This document shows positions 1 to 10,053 of a stretch of 64,000 nt of DNA, piece after piece. The notes beneath the pieces were generated by a model that saw only the letters and a program-made list of their open reading frames with translations, had not been told where the DNA came from and searched no databases. Location: positions 224,001 to 288,000 of the forward strand of contig CAWGLD010000004.1 of assembly GCA_963823335.1 (NCBI GenBank), read 5' to 3'. This DNA comes from an uncultured delta proteobacterium. GTDB lineage: Bacteria; Desulfobacterota; Desulfobacteria; Desulfobacterales; B30-G6. A program made the translations under genes and the position numbers. Each line of letters opens with the position of its first letter. Position 1 is the stretch's first letter.

Positions 1-131
1 GGTTACCAGCTGTAAAAAAAATGTTCTGCATAATCTCTTGGTAAAAAAGGATCCCATGGGGACATTGTTTTGACAATCACTGAAAACATGGTGATCATCT
101 GATCATACAGGTCACTCGAAAGGAGGTTCAA

Positions 132-506
132 ATGGAGCTCAAAGAATACTTTGAAAACACGGAAGGCAAAGGCGTCATGGCCACGGCAGACAGCAACGGC
201 AAGGTGGATACGGCCATATACGCCCGGCCGCATGTCATGGATGATGGAACCATTGCCATGATCATGCGTGATCGACTCACCCATCATAATCTTGAATCCA
301 ATTCACATGCCTGCTACATGTTTATAGAAAAAGGCCCCGGCTACAAAGGCAAGCGCCTCTTCTTGACCAAAGTGCGCGAGGAGCAGGATTCCGAATTGCT
401 GCAGTCCCTGCGACGGCGGCAATATATCGACAAAAAGGATGCGTCTAAGTTTCTGGTATTTTTCCAGGTCGACAAAGAGCTGCCCTTGGTGGGCACCGGG
501 AAGTAG
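132..506 (+). CDS. Pyridoxamine 5'-phosphate oxidase-like (split-barrel FMN-binding) protein
   Basis: 124 aa; AGGAGG RBS; GVMATADSNGKVDTAIYARPH...RDRLTHHNLESN pattern of PNPOx-like family. Confidence 0.75.
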   Translation: MELKEYFENTEGKGVMATADSNGKVDTAIYARPHVMDDGTIAMIMRDRLTHHNLESNSHACYMFIEKGPGYKGKRLFLTKVREEQDSELLQSLRRRQYIDKKDASKFLVFFQVDKELPLVGTGK

Positions 507-744
507 ATATCCGGTTCCAGAGGGCCCGGCACTGATTCAACCCTGTAAAGGTTAATGTTACCCACATTCATCGTGTGATAAATTCTAAATCCGAGGGCCC
601 TACCCCTGCGGGCGGGATCTTCATTTGGATCCGTCAGGCGAGGTTTGGGGGTCGTTTCGGCAAGTCATGGGAAACGCACTTGCTATTACAGTTTTGGTTA
701 CCTACAATAGGACTTCGTCCTGAACCCATACGGATAGCGTTTCT

Positions 745-1197
745 ATGAAAGCAAATGAGCAGTTTCGAAAAAGAGTGGCAGAATTGTTCCGTACGCAAAA
801 CCTGGCAACCTTGTCCACCCAGCATGCAGGGCAACCCTATGCCAGCCTGGTGGCATTCGTTGCCAGCGATGACTTGGATCGGATTTACTTCGCAACGCCA
901 ACGACCACACGTAAATATGCAAATTTGGTCGCTGACAGTCGCGTGGCCATGCTAATCAACAGCAGTATGAACCAGACATCTGATTTTCATCGGGCTATTT
1001 CGGTGACAGCGGTGGGCAAGGCAAAAGATGTCACCGGAAAAGATAAAAAACGCATCCTGGAGCGGTACCTGGCCAAACACCCCCATCTGGAAGATTTTGT
1101 GCATTCGCCAACGTGTGCCATGGTACAGGTTTCGATTACCAGCTATTACATGGTGAAAAATTTCCAGAATGTAACGGAGCTGCACCTAAACTCATGA
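745..1197 (+). CDS. Pyridoxamine 5'-phosphate oxidase-like protein
   Basis: LATLST...QPYASLVAF...FATPTTTRKYANL..DSRVAMLI motif. Confidence 0.8.
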   Translation: MKANEQFRKRVAELFRTQNLATLSTQHAGQPYASLVAFVASDDLDRIYFATPTTTRKYANLVADSRVAMLINSSMNQTSDFHRAISVTAVGKAKDVTGKDKKRILERYLAKHPHLEDFVHSPTCAMVQVSITSYYMVKNFQNVTELHLNS

Positions 1198-3389
1198 ACT
1201 GGATTCTAACCACCGAAGAGATCCATCCCGGCAATCGACATAGCGTCGGCGGCAAAGGATACGCCCTGTCTCTTCTGACCAAGGGGGGCTTCAAGATTCC
1301 CAGAACGATCTGCATCACCACCGATGCCTATCATGAGTATGTAAATGGGTCCGGCCTGCGTGAGCGCATCCTAATGGAACTCCATCGAAAAGATTTCAAG
1401 GAAATGCGATGGGAAGAAATCTGGGACTGCGCAACCCGCATTCGCAACTTATTCCTGACCAAACCGCTATCTACAGACCTGGTGCAGAATATTCGCGAGC
1501 ATATCGAAAAACGATTCCAGGACAGAACGGTGGCCATTCGGTCTTCGGCGCCCGAAGAAGACGACGCCCGGTCATCGTTTGCCGGGCTGCATGAATCCTT
1601 TATCAACATATCCGGTGCAGACTCGATCCTGAAACACATCCGTATGGTATGGGCCTCGCTGTGGTCGGATGCAGCTTTGCTGTATCGCCAGGAAATCGGC
1701 TTGGACGTTGAAAAGAGTTCCATGGCGGTGGTGGTACAGGAAACCGTCGCCGGTGAAAGGTCTGGCGTCGTCTTTACCCGAAACCCCAATGACGAGAACC
1801 AGGGAATTATTGAATCGATTCACGGGTTAAACCAAGGTCTTGTGGACGGCACGATTGAACCGGATCGCTGGATAATCGATCGACATAGCAACAAGATTGT
1901 TTCGCACACCTCCCCGGAACGAAAAAACTGGATCGTGCCAAACTCTAAAGGTACCCAAATGGCGGCTCTTCCGGCAGAGAAATCGGCCCAACCGCCCCTG
2001 ATCTCACAAGAGGTCGATGTCGTATTTCAAACGGCCCTTAAAGCAGAACAATTTTTTAAAATACCGCAGGATGTGGAATGGACCTATGACAAGGACGCGC
2101 TGATCCTGCTCCAATCCCGCCCCATTACGACCCTGAGCTCAGATAAATCAGATAAACCAGAAGACAATCGCGGCTGGTATCTGAGCCTGCACCGCAGCTT
2201 TGATAACCTAAAAGACCTGCGACGAAAAATTGAAAAAGAACTGATTCCAGGTATGATCGCTGAAGCTGAAAGCCTGAACGCAAAAAACCTCATAAAGATG
2301 TCGAATCGTATCTTGGCGGATGAGATCAGAAAACGTCTGGAAATCAACCACAAGTGGGTCAACATTTACTGGGCCGATTTTATTCCGTATGCCCATGGTG
2401 TAAGGTTGTTCGGACAGGTTTACAATGATGCTGTACGCCCTGATGATCCTTACGAATTCATGGATCTGCTTACCCATACCCAAATGGCCAGCATCGAGCG
2501 AAACAAGATGCTGATGGATCTGGCAGCCATCATCCGCAGGGATGAGCAATTGGCAGAGATGTTAAAGCAGGGCAATTACGACAGCCTCGATGTCAAATTT
2601 AATGTGTTGATCGATGAATTTATCGAAAAATTTGGCGACCTCTCCTGTGCGGTCACCGGTGGTAAAAATTGCGTTCTGGGAACCGGGCCACTATACCGAC
2701 TGCTGCTCGAAATGGCCAAATACCCAGCCCAGACAGGCAGCCACAGAAAAAAGAACGCAATCAAGCGATCGATTCAGAAATACTCCGATCACTTTGAAGA
2801 AGATCAGAAGGCCTGGGCCATGGAACTGCTTGATCTGGCCAGAAACAGCTATCAGTTGCGTGATGATGATAATATCTATCTTGGCCGCATCGAAGCACAA
2901 TTGCTGGCAGCCGTCCAGGAAGCAAAAAAACGCCTTGAAAACCTGGCCGGTGATCCATCCGCCAACGTGTTGCAACAGGTTATAGAAGAAGTTGATTTCG
3001 GAACCGAATCTCAGTCAACTTCCCTCGCAGAGAAGACCGAAATTGGCAGGCTTCAAGCCCGCCAACTGACCGGCCAGCCCGCCGGCCCGGGCATTTCAAA
3101 AGGCAAAGCCCGGGTGATCCGGCATCATTCCGACCTGGCAAATTTTAAACATGGCGAGGTCTTGGTGTGCGATGCCGTCGACCCCAATATTACCTTTGTT
3201 GTACCCTTGGCCACGGCCGTTGTCGAAAGAAGGGGCGGCATGTTGATTCATGGCGCCATTATCGCACGCGAATATGGCTTGCCATGTATTACCGGTGTAC
3301 CGGACGCAACCAGGTTGATCCAGACCGGTGACAACATCACCGTGGATGGATATTTGGGAATTGTAACCATCGGTGATGCCAGCTTGTAA
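1194..3389 (+). CDS. PEP/pyruvate-binding (ATP-grasp) plus C-terminal phospho-His swivel domain protein; rifampin phosphotransferase-like architecture
   Basis: VGGKG, VAIRSSAPEED..SSFAG, DVEW...LLQSRPITT; C-terminal GGMLIHGAIIAREYGLP. ATG at 1194 overlaps upstream stop (ATGA). Confidence 0.85.
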   Translation: MNWILTTEEIHPGNRHSVGGKGYALSLLTKGGFKIPRTICITTDAYHEYVNGSGLRERILMELHRKDFKEMRWEEIWDCATRIRNLFLTKPLSTDLVQNIREHIEKRFQDRTVAIRSSAPEEDDARSSFAGLHESFINISGADSILKHIRMVWASLWSDAALLYRQEIGLDVEKSSMAVVVQETVAGERSGVVFTRNPNDENQGIIESIHGLNQGLVDGTIEPDRWIIDRHSNKIVSHTSPERKNWIVPNSKGTQMAALPAEKSAQPPLISQEVDVVFQTALKAEQFFKIPQDVEWTYDKDALILLQSRPITTLSSDKSDKPEDNRGWYLSLHRSFDNLKDLRRKIEKELIPGMIAEAESLNAKNLIKMSNRILADEIRKRLEINHKWVNIYWADFIPYAHGVRLFGQVYNDAVRPDDPYEFMDLLTHTQMASIERNKMLMDLAAIIRRDEQLAEMLKQGNYDSLDVKFNVLIDEFIEKFGDLSCAVTGGKNCVLGTGPLYRLLLEMAKYPAQTGSHRKKNAIKRSIQKYSDHFEEDQKAWAMELLDLARNSYQLRDDDNIYLGRIEAQLLAAVQEAKKRLENLAGDPSANVLQQVIEEVDFGTESQSTSLAEKTEIGRLQARQLTGQPAGPGISKGKARVIRHHSDLANFKHGEVLVCDAVDPNITFVVPLATAVVERRGGMLIHGAIIAREYGLPCITGVPDATRLIQTGDNITVDGYLGIVTIGDASL

Positions 3390-3473
3390 CAATCGGAAGG
3401 TTCATATGACAATCAGCATGAGTGAAAACGAATCATCAACCCAAAAAAACGCGAGATGGTGAGGGCTTTCAAG

Positions 3474-4424
3474 ATGGATGAAAATTTTAGAATAGGCATC
3501 AGCAGTTGTTTACTCGGAAATATGGTACGTTGGAATGCAGGCCATAAACGCGATCGCTTCCTGACAGATACCCTGGGTCGATTCGTAGAATATATTCCCG
3601 TATGCCCCGAAGTGGAAGCCGGGTTCGGTATTCCCAGGGAGTCGATGCGTCTGGTGGGCGACCCTGACAAACCGCGTCTGATAACCTTCAAAAGCAAGAC
3701 GGACGGAACCCATCAAATGACTCACTGGGCGACAGCGCGCGTCCAGGAACTCGAAAAGGAGGATTTGTGCGGCTTCATTTTCAAGAGCGATTCCCCCAGC
3801 AGCGGTATGATACGGGTAAAGGTCTACAACGACAAAGGCATGCCCGAAAAGAAAGGGGTGGGCATGTTTGCCCGGGCTTACATGGATCATTTCCCCCTCA
3901 TACCGGTGGAGGACGACGGCCGGCTGCACGACCCCGCCATCCGTGAAAATTTTATCGAGCGAATCTTTACCCTGAAACGCTGGCGGGACTTCACTGCCAA
4001 ATCACCCAAGATGGCAACCCTGATTGATTTTCATACTCGCAACAAACTTTTGTTTCTGGCACACAGCCAAAAACACTACCGTCTGATGGGAAAATTGGTG
4101 GCAGAGGGCAAGAAACTGCCCATAAAAGAGCTTCTTGACCGGTATGTGCGTCTTATGATGGAGGCATTGGCGCTCAAAACCACGACAAAGAAAAATATCA
4201 ATGTCCTGCAGCACTTGATGGGATATTTCAAAAAAGAACTGAGTGGGGATGAAAAACAGGAACTGCTCGAAATATTTGATCAATATCGTCGGGAACTGGT
4301 ACCCTTGATCGTACCCATCACCCTCGTCAATCATTATGTGCGCAAATATGACCAGCCCTATCTGAAGCATCAAACCTATCTTAACCCCCACCCGCTTGAG
4401 CTCAAACTGCGCACGCATGTGTAA
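3474..4424 (+). CDS. DUF523/DUF1722 protein (YbgA-like, 2-thiouracil desulfurase domain)
   Basis: IGISSCLLG..VRW, VCPEVEAG.GIPRE, KSDSPSSG, C-terminal YL.PHP.EL.LR. Confidence 0.9.
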   Translation: MDENFRIGISSCLLGNMVRWNAGHKRDRFLTDTLGRFVEYIPVCPEVEAGFGIPRESMRLVGDPDKPRLITFKSKTDGTHQMTHWATARVQELEKEDLCGFIFKSDSPSSGMIRVKVYNDKGMPEKKGVGMFARAYMDHFPLIPVEDDGRLHDPAIRENFIERIFTLKRWRDFTAKSPKMATLIDFHTRNKLLFLAHSQKHYRLMGKLVAEGKKLPIKELLDRYVRLMMEALALKTTTKKNINVLQHLMGYFKKELSGDEKQELLEIFDQYRRELVPLIVPITLVNHYVRKYDQPYLKHQTYLNPHPLELKLRTHV

Positions 4425-4426
4425 GG

Positions 4427-4553
4427 GAAGGGTCCGAGGGTGAAAGGGTTTGAGGGTTCGAGGGTATGAGGGTGCCATAAGCCGTAAGCTGTAAAAGAGC
4501 AAAAGCCTGCAAACGATAGCTTTTTCCTTGAACCCTTGGATCCTGGAATCCTT
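4427..4553. repeat. Degenerate octamer array (AGGGTnnR x6) followed by its reverse-complement array
   Basis: aagggtccgagggtgaaagggtttgagggttcgagggtatgaggg ... ccttgaacccttggatcctggaatcc. Confidence 0.7.
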
Positions 4554-4558
4554 AAACG

Positions 4559-4573
4559 ATAGTTTTTACCTAT
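4559..4573 (+). promoter_or_regulatory. Putative LuxR-family operator ATAGTTTTTACCTAT
   Basis: Exact reverse complement at 14789-14803; palindromic variant at 29809-29823; all about 100 bp upstream of a start codon. Confidence 0.6.
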
Positions 4574-4670
4574 TATATACCCCCCATTTCTCCCTTGTTG
4601 ATTTATTCTTGCCCATGCATAACTTATGTACAAGCAAGGGTTGAACAAAACAAACAAGGGAGGTACTACC

Positions 4671-4808
4671 ATGACAAATAAAAATGATTATGTTGAAAGC
4701 GAAGAAGAAAGAGAAGAAGGACATGTGGACACCCGTGAGAAAAATTTTGACTGCGAAAAAAAGGACCCCAAGCTGGGATGTGACCCGGGAATCGATGTGG
4801 CAGGATAA
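4671..4808 (+). CDS. Small acidic hypothetical protein (45 aa, two Cys)
   Basis: GGAGGT RBS before ATG; followed by its own intrinsic terminator. Confidence 0.6.
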   Translation: MTNKNDYVESEEEREEGHVDTREKNFDCEKKDPKLGCDPGIDVAG

Positions 4809-4854
4809 CCAGACAGCACGTACCCGCCAAACCCAGATAGGTATGATTTGAATC

Positions 4855-4890
4855 AAGGCAGAGCCGGAAACGGCTCTGCCTTTTTTATTT
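4855..4890 (+). terminator. Rho-independent terminator
   Basis: aaggcagagccg-gaaa-cggctctgcctt followed by T-run. Confidence 0.85.
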
Positions 4891-4942
4891 GATCCCTATG
4901 TAAAGACCTAACAAATTACAAAAACTTAAAGGAAGTCCTGCA

Positions 4943-6487
4943 ATGAACACTGATCTTATCCTCGTGACCGGTGCCACCGGGTATGTAGGCGGGCGGTTGA
5001 TTCCTGCCTTGATAAAGGACGGTTATGGGGTACGTGCCATGGCTCGAAACCTGAATAAAATCGGATGCCGGCCCTGGGCCGGGGACTCCCGGGTGGAACT
5101 GGTTCAAGGCGATGTCCTGGATCTGAAATCGCTCAAGAAAGCAGCTTCCGGGTGCAGGGCGGCCTATTATCTGGTGCATTCCATGATCGCCCAGAAGGAT
5201 AAGTTCGCCGAGGCCGATCGCCGTGCGGCCAAAAATATGGTTGCAGCCGCATCTGACGCAGGCCTGAAAAGAATCATCTACCTTGGGGGGCTGGCGGAAA
5301 GCAAGGCAGGAATCTTGAGCAAGCATCTGAGGTCACGCATCGAAGTGGCCGAGATCCTGCAGGCCGGGCCGGTTCCCACCACCGATTTGAGGACCCCCAT
5401 GATCTTGGGTTCCGGAAGCGCTTCTTTTGAAATTCTGCGCTACCTGGTCGAACGTCTGCCCGTCATGACCACGCCCCGCTGGGTGCGCTCAATGAATCAA
5501 CCCATCGCCATTCGCAATGTCATCACCTATCTTGTGGGCTGTCTCAAACATCAGGAAACCATTGGCCAAACCTATGACATCGGTGGGCCTGATATTCTCA
5601 CCTACCGAGATCTGCTGGATATCTATGCCGAGGAAGCACGACTACCCAAACGATGGATCATACCCGTACCCGTTCTAACGCCCACACTGAGTGCCTTGTG
5701 GATTCACCTGATCAGCCCGGTACCCAAGGACATTGCCTTGCCTTTGACCGAAGGGCTGACCAGTGATGCCGTCTGTACTGAAAATCGAATTCAATCCATC
5801 ATACCCCAGCCCTTGTTGAGCTGCAGGGAAGCCATACGAATGGCTCTCGATCGTATTAAACAGGAACAGGTGCAAACCTGCTGGATGGATGCAGGCAGTT
5901 TGCTGGCACCTGAGTGGGCCCATTGCGGAGATGCTGAATGGGCCGGGGGCACGATCATGCAATGTGGCTATCGGGCCCTTTTGCAAGCACGCCCACAGGA
6001 CGTTTGGAACCCCGTGTCACGTATCGGAGGCAACACAGGCTGGTATTTTGGCAACTTTCTCTGGCGCTTGCGTGGGATCATGGACCGGTTGGCGGGGGGC
6101 GTGGGCTTGCGGCGCGGGCGTCGTCATCCCGTTGAGCTCGGTGTCGGCGACGCGTTGGACTTCTGGCGGGTACTGCTCGTAGATCCGCCTGAACGATTGC
6201 TTCTTTTAGCTGAGATGAAAATGCCCGGTGAAGCACTGCTTGAAATCCAGATCACAGAAAGCAAGAAAGGTCGAACCGAGCTCCGTTTGCTGTCCCGGTT
6301 TCTGCCCAAGGGTCTCTTGGGCATCCTCTATTGGTACGGGCTTTATCCCTTTCATCAATGGATTTTCTCGGGTATGCTCCAAGGCATTGCCAAAGCAATT
6401 CAAAAACCGGTTCTGCACGGCCCCGAAAGATTTACCCCCAAGATTACAAAGACATGTGCATTGCCATCAAAAAACATTGAGCGATAA
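4943..6487 (+). CDS. SDR/NAD(P)-binding protein with DUF2867 (YbjT-like)
   Basis: ILVTGATGYVG, YYLVHSM, HL.SR, GSGSASFE; C-terminal GDALDFWRV...AEMKMPGEA. Confidence 0.9.
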   Translation: MNTDLILVTGATGYVGGRLIPALIKDGYGVRAMARNLNKIGCRPWAGDSRVELVQGDVLDLKSLKKAASGCRAAYYLVHSMIAQKDKFAEADRRAAKNMVAAASDAGLKRIIYLGGLAESKAGILSKHLRSRIEVAEILQAGPVPTTDLRTPMILGSGSASFEILRYLVERLPVMTTPRWVRSMNQPIAIRNVITYLVGCLKHQETIGQTYDIGGPDILTYRDLLDIYAEEARLPKRWIIPVPVLTPTLSALWIHLISPVPKDIALPLTEGLTSDAVCTENRIQSIIPQPLLSCREAIRMALDRIKQEQVQTCWMDAGSLLAPEWAHCGDAEWAGGTIMQCGYRALLQARPQDVWNPVSRIGGNTGWYFGNFLWRLRGIMDRLAGGVGLRRGRRHPVELGVGDALDFWRVLLVDPPERLLLLAEMKMPGEALLEIQITESKKGRTELRLLSRFLPKGLLGILYWYGLYPFHQWIFSGMLQGIAKAIQKPVLHGPERFTPKITKTCALPSKNIER

Positions 6488-6556
6488 GCGATAGGCTGTA
6501 ATCTGTAAGCCGCCTACCGCTTATTGCTTATCGCTTGCAGCTTAAAGCTTAAAGCA
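6479..6556. repeat. Degenerate heptamer array (TAAGCnn / nnGCTTA), self-complementary
   Basis: gataagcgataggctgtaatctgtaagc ... cgcttattgcttatcgcttgcagcttaaagcttaaagc. Confidence 0.7.
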
Positions 6557-6573
6557 AGAAACAAGGTGAAACA

Positions 6574-7959
6574 TTGAATATCATGCCCATTCAACCCGCT
6601 CGCATCCAGCCATTGAATAAGCACAGCATCAAAAAGGGGCGCTATGTGCTCTACTGGATGCAGCAAGCCCAGCGGGCCGAATACAACCATGCCCTGGAAT
6701 ATGCCATTCAACAGGCCAACACAATCGAACAAGGCGTACTGGTGGGCTTTGGTCTGATGGACGATTACCCGGAAGCCAACCTGCGTCATGTCACCTTTAT
6801 GCTGGAAGGACTGCGAGAAACTCAGGCCACCCTGGCCAACCAGGGGATCAAAATGGTTATCCAACACGGTTCTCCAGTGGATGTGGCTTTGTCCCTTGGG
6901 AAAAATGCCTCGTTGATCGTCTGCGATCGTGGTTACCTCAAGCATCAAAAAGCCTGGCGCACTCGTGTGGCCCTCTCGGCAGACTGCCCGGTTGTGCAGG
7001 TGGAAAGTGATGTGGTGGTACCCATAGAGATTGTCTCCAACAAAGCCGAGTATGCGGCGCGCACGATTCGCCCCAGGATACACCGGCACCTGGATGATTA
7101 TCTTGTGCCGTTACCGACCAGCAGGGTGAAAAAAAATTCACTCGGCTTAAACATCGACAGTCTGGATCTAAAGGACATTGGCACCCTTATAAAGCGTCTT
7201 TCTTTGGACCAGCAAATTGCGCCGGCAACTCAGTTTTTCAAAGGCGGCCCATCCCAGGCAATGGCAAGGTTTGAACATTTTATTCAAAAGCAGTTTCATC
7301 GCTATGTGGAAAACCGCAACCAACCCCAGACCGATGATATTTCCCACATGAGTCCCTATCTGCATTTTGGGCAGATTTCACCCCTCTACCTAGCGTTGAG
7401 AGTCAAAGCAGACAAGGGCCGTCATTGGGAGGCCCAAGAAGCCTATCTGGAAGAGTTGATCGTTCGCCGTGAGATGGCCATGAACTTTACCCATTACAAC
7501 CCCAGCTATCATTCGTTTGCCTGCCTGCCACCATGGGCCCGGAATTCATTGCAACAACACCAGCAAGACCCCCGCGAGAGCATATATACCCGCAGGCAAC
7601 TGGAAAATGCCAGAACCCACGATGCTTATTGGAACGCAGCCATGCAAGAGATGAGGATCACCGGCTTTATGCACAACTACATGCGGATGTACTGGGGGAA
7701 AAAGATACTGGAGTGGTCCAGAACGCCTATGCATGCCTTTCGAACAACCCTGGCCATCAACAATAAATATTTTATCGATGGCCGGGACCCAAACTCTTAT
7801 GCCGGGGTCGCCTGGATCTTCGGTATGCATGACCGCGCCTGGTTCGAGCGGCCGATATTTGGTAAAGTCCGCTACATGGCGGCATCCGGCCTGGAGCGAA
7901 AGTGCGACATCCAGGGATATGTGGACAAAGTTGATGCAGTCGTAAAAAGTCTGAATTAG
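6574..7959 (+). CDS. phrB: Class II CPD photolyase
   Basis: VLYWMQQAQRAEYNHAL, SHMSPYLHFGQIS, MHNYMRMYWGKKILEW, DGRDPNSYAG, HDRAW.ERPIFGKVRYM (class II signatures). Confidence 0.93.
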   Translation: MNIMPIQPARIQPLNKHSIKKGRYVLYWMQQAQRAEYNHALEYAIQQANTIEQGVLVGFGLMDDYPEANLRHVTFMLEGLRETQATLANQGIKMVIQHGSPVDVALSLGKNASLIVCDRGYLKHQKAWRTRVALSADCPVVQVESDVVVPIEIVSNKAEYAARTIRPRIHRHLDDYLVPLPTSRVKKNSLGLNIDSLDLKDIGTLIKRLSLDQQIAPATQFFKGGPSQAMARFEHFIQKQFHRYVENRNQPQTDDISHMSPYLHFGQISPLYLALRVKADKGRHWEAQEAYLEELIVRREMAMNFTHYNPSYHSFACLPPWARNSLQQHQQDPRESIYTRRQLENARTHDAYWNAAMQEMRITGFMHNYMRMYWGKKILEWSRTPMHAFRTTLAINNKYFIDGRDPNSYAGVAWIFGMHDRAWFERPIFGKVRYMAASGLERKCDIQGYVDKVDAVVKSLN

Positions 7960-7981
7960 GCGGTTTCGTTAAAAGTTCAAA

Positions 7982-8057
7982 TTGAAGAACCTCGCAGCAT
8001 GCGCAGCACTGCCGAACGGCAGAACCTAAGGGGAATGCGCTCGCTGTTGCGGTTCAA
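7982..8057 (+). repeat. Dispersed palindromic repeat family A, copy 1
   Basis: TTGAA...GGGAATGCGCTCGCTGTTGCGGTTCAA; homologous copies at 25124, 49512, 61026. Confidence 0.85.
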
Positions 8058-8104
8058 GGCGTGCAAAAACAAAGCCCTGTGACGTTTTTTGGTAACAGAG
8101 TAGG

Positions 8105-9850
8105 TCAGCTTTTCCGGGTCAGGTAACCGACGATGTCGCTGGCAATCCTGGCTGTCGATTGAACGATACTGCGGGCCATGCTGGCGTCTATTATCTGGCC
8201 ACGTGTCATGGCGCCGACAGCATATATGGCATTGGACGGGGTAATTGTATTGTCGGGTCCCATTTTTATGATCTTGTGTGATCCTGGATCGATCCATACG
8301 CTGCCTGTTTCATGAACCTGTGTCGTTGGTTTCGATCCTGCAGCAGTCTTCGAGTTCGAATATTCTTTTTTGACCACATGTCGGATCTCGGTTGTCTGAA
8401 CGGTTCCGGACAGACGTAAATTCCTTGCCAAAGCCGAAGGGTCGCTTTCCAATGATTTTTTCTGCCCGCGTGCATCGACGACATAGCGGTAGACATCTTT
8501 CTTTTCAATGCCCTGCATGTCTCTGTAGATCAATTCATAAGCCGCCGGGTTTTCATTTTTTATCAGGCGATACTCCTTGCCAAGCTTGACGACCTCGACT
8601 ATACCGGTCTTCATCAGGGCCAGCAGCTTTTCAGCGTTAACCGATGGCTGGACTGCGGCGTGGGTGAAAAAAACAGAACTGTATTTTCCATCAAACCGCT
8701 TTCTTTCTTCAAAGGTCAGGTTCACGTACACGTCCCTTACCAAATCAAAGGTCTGGTGCAACACGGTCTGCCAGATGAGTTCCTTGTCGGGGCCATCCCC
8801 GTTTATGGCTTCATCCAAATATCTTCGCAAAAGATCTGAAGGTTTGTCGCTTGGGTTGACGATCTCCTCCCAATTAATCTTATGACCATAAGCATCTTCC
8901 AGATCCGAATTCAAAAGGTTAAAGATGACATCCAAGGTCAAATTTTCACCATTTTCAGATAGCAGCCGAACAATTTCTTCACGATGCATAAACTTATTTT
9001 CACGTTTTCCCATCTTGCCTCTGACTTTCGGCAACAAGCCCCGTCTGGAGTAAAGGACAAACGTTCTTGGATTTTCCGGAGGTTTGTAGGCCAGTTCACC
9101 GGTTCGAGAACGGACGAATTCACCCTCCGAAGTGAGCGTCAGAACGGTCTCGATGGCACTGAGGCTGGTACCAATAATGGCCACTCTTTCACCCTTGGGA
9201 ATGCTACCCAACAACTTTTTAGCAGGCCAGGGAGATGTAAAATAGCCATCCCTATCATTTTTTTCATTCCAATGGCCGGTGGCAAGCAAAACACGGTCAG
9301 CATCTCTTGAAAAAACCGTTTCCGAATCGAGATCGTTGATGCTCAGCTGGATCGTGTCTCCGTTCTGTCGCAGATCAACCACTTCGGACCGTGGATATAG
9401 GCGTATCTCCAGACCAATTTCGCGGCCTGAACGAACGGCATTCTGAAATCTATCCTTTAAATACTCTCCCATGATTGCTCGAGGATAATGACGGCAGCCC
9501 CCCTTCTCGTCGTCCGTCATTGAACACCATTCACGAAACCAATTAAAACGTTCTTTAAGTTGATTAAAATTGTCAGATACCCAATCCTGAAAGTCCCGGG
9601 GGTTACCGTCTATAATGCCCATTTCAGATGCACACATGTTGGTGATATGAAAGGGACACGCAAAGCGGTCACTGTGGGGAAAGCCGGGTCCGAAAATATC
9701 CCCCTTATGAAACACCTGGACGGTCATCAGGGAAAAGTCCAGCAGATTGTTAGCGGCTTTCGTCTTCAGCATGGCTATCAGCTGCGTCAGCATGGCCGTA
9801 GCGGCCAATCCGCCGCCGATTATAGCAAAATTAAAGCGCTTGGTTTCCAA
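8105..9850 (-). CDS. FAD/NAD(P)-binding protein (YdhS-like)
   Basis: AIIGGGLAA, FGPGFPHS, HYPRAIMGEYL, LLATGHW, IGTSLSAIE, IYAVG. Confidence 0.8.
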   Translation of the reverse strand: METKRFNFAIIGGGLAATAMLTQLIAMLKTKAANNLLDFSLMTVQVFHKGDIFGPGFPHSDRFACPFHITNMCASEMGIIDGNPRDFQDWVSDNFNQLKERFNWFREWCSMTDDEKGGCRHYPRAIMGEYLKDRFQNAVRSGREIGLEIRLYPRSEVVDLRQNGDTIQLSINDLDSETVFSRDADRVLLATGHWNEKNDRDGYFTSPWPAKKLLGSIPKGERVAIIGTSLSAIETVLTLTSEGEFVRSRTGELAYKPPENPRTFVLYSRRGLLPKVRGKMGKRENKFMHREEIVRLLSENGENLTLDVIFNLLNSDLEDAYGHKINWEEIVNPSDKPSDLLRRYLDEAINGDGPDKELIWQTVLHQTFDLVRDVYVNLTFEERKRFDGKYSSVFFTHAAVQPSVNAEKLLALMKTGIVEVVKLGKEYRLIKNENPAAYELIYRDMQGIEKKDVYRYVVDARGQKKSLESDPSALARNLRLSGTVQTTEIRHVVKKEYSNSKTAAGSKPTTQVHETGSVWIDPGSHKIIKMGPDNTITPSNAIYAVGAMTRGQIIDASMARSIVQSTARIASDIVGYLTRKS

Positions 9851-10053
9851 TTCTCTTGATTCTCATCTGTTTGTGTGTGGTTTGTCCTATCATTCCGCTT
9901 GTCTTTTTCTGATATTGATTTATGACGATTCATGCTCAATATATATAGTTAATAAATGTGTCCCGAGTCAAACACGCGACGCCAACACCAATCGGAATGC
10001 TGTTATGACAATAACGACAGCTTTCATACCCGTTATGGTATAGAGGTGAATTT

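Noticed and set aside
560-730. Possible ncRNA or MITE between the two PNPOx-like genes
   Set aside because: Some GC-rich hairpin potential but no second copy or recognisable motif in the window.
1113-1193. Extended N-terminus of the PEP-utilising enzyme
   Set aside because: Overlaps the upstream gene; the ATG at 1194 with ATGA coupling is the better start.
4427-6556. CRISPR array
   Set aside because: Repeats are 7-8-mers without unique spacers, and no cas genes are present in the window.
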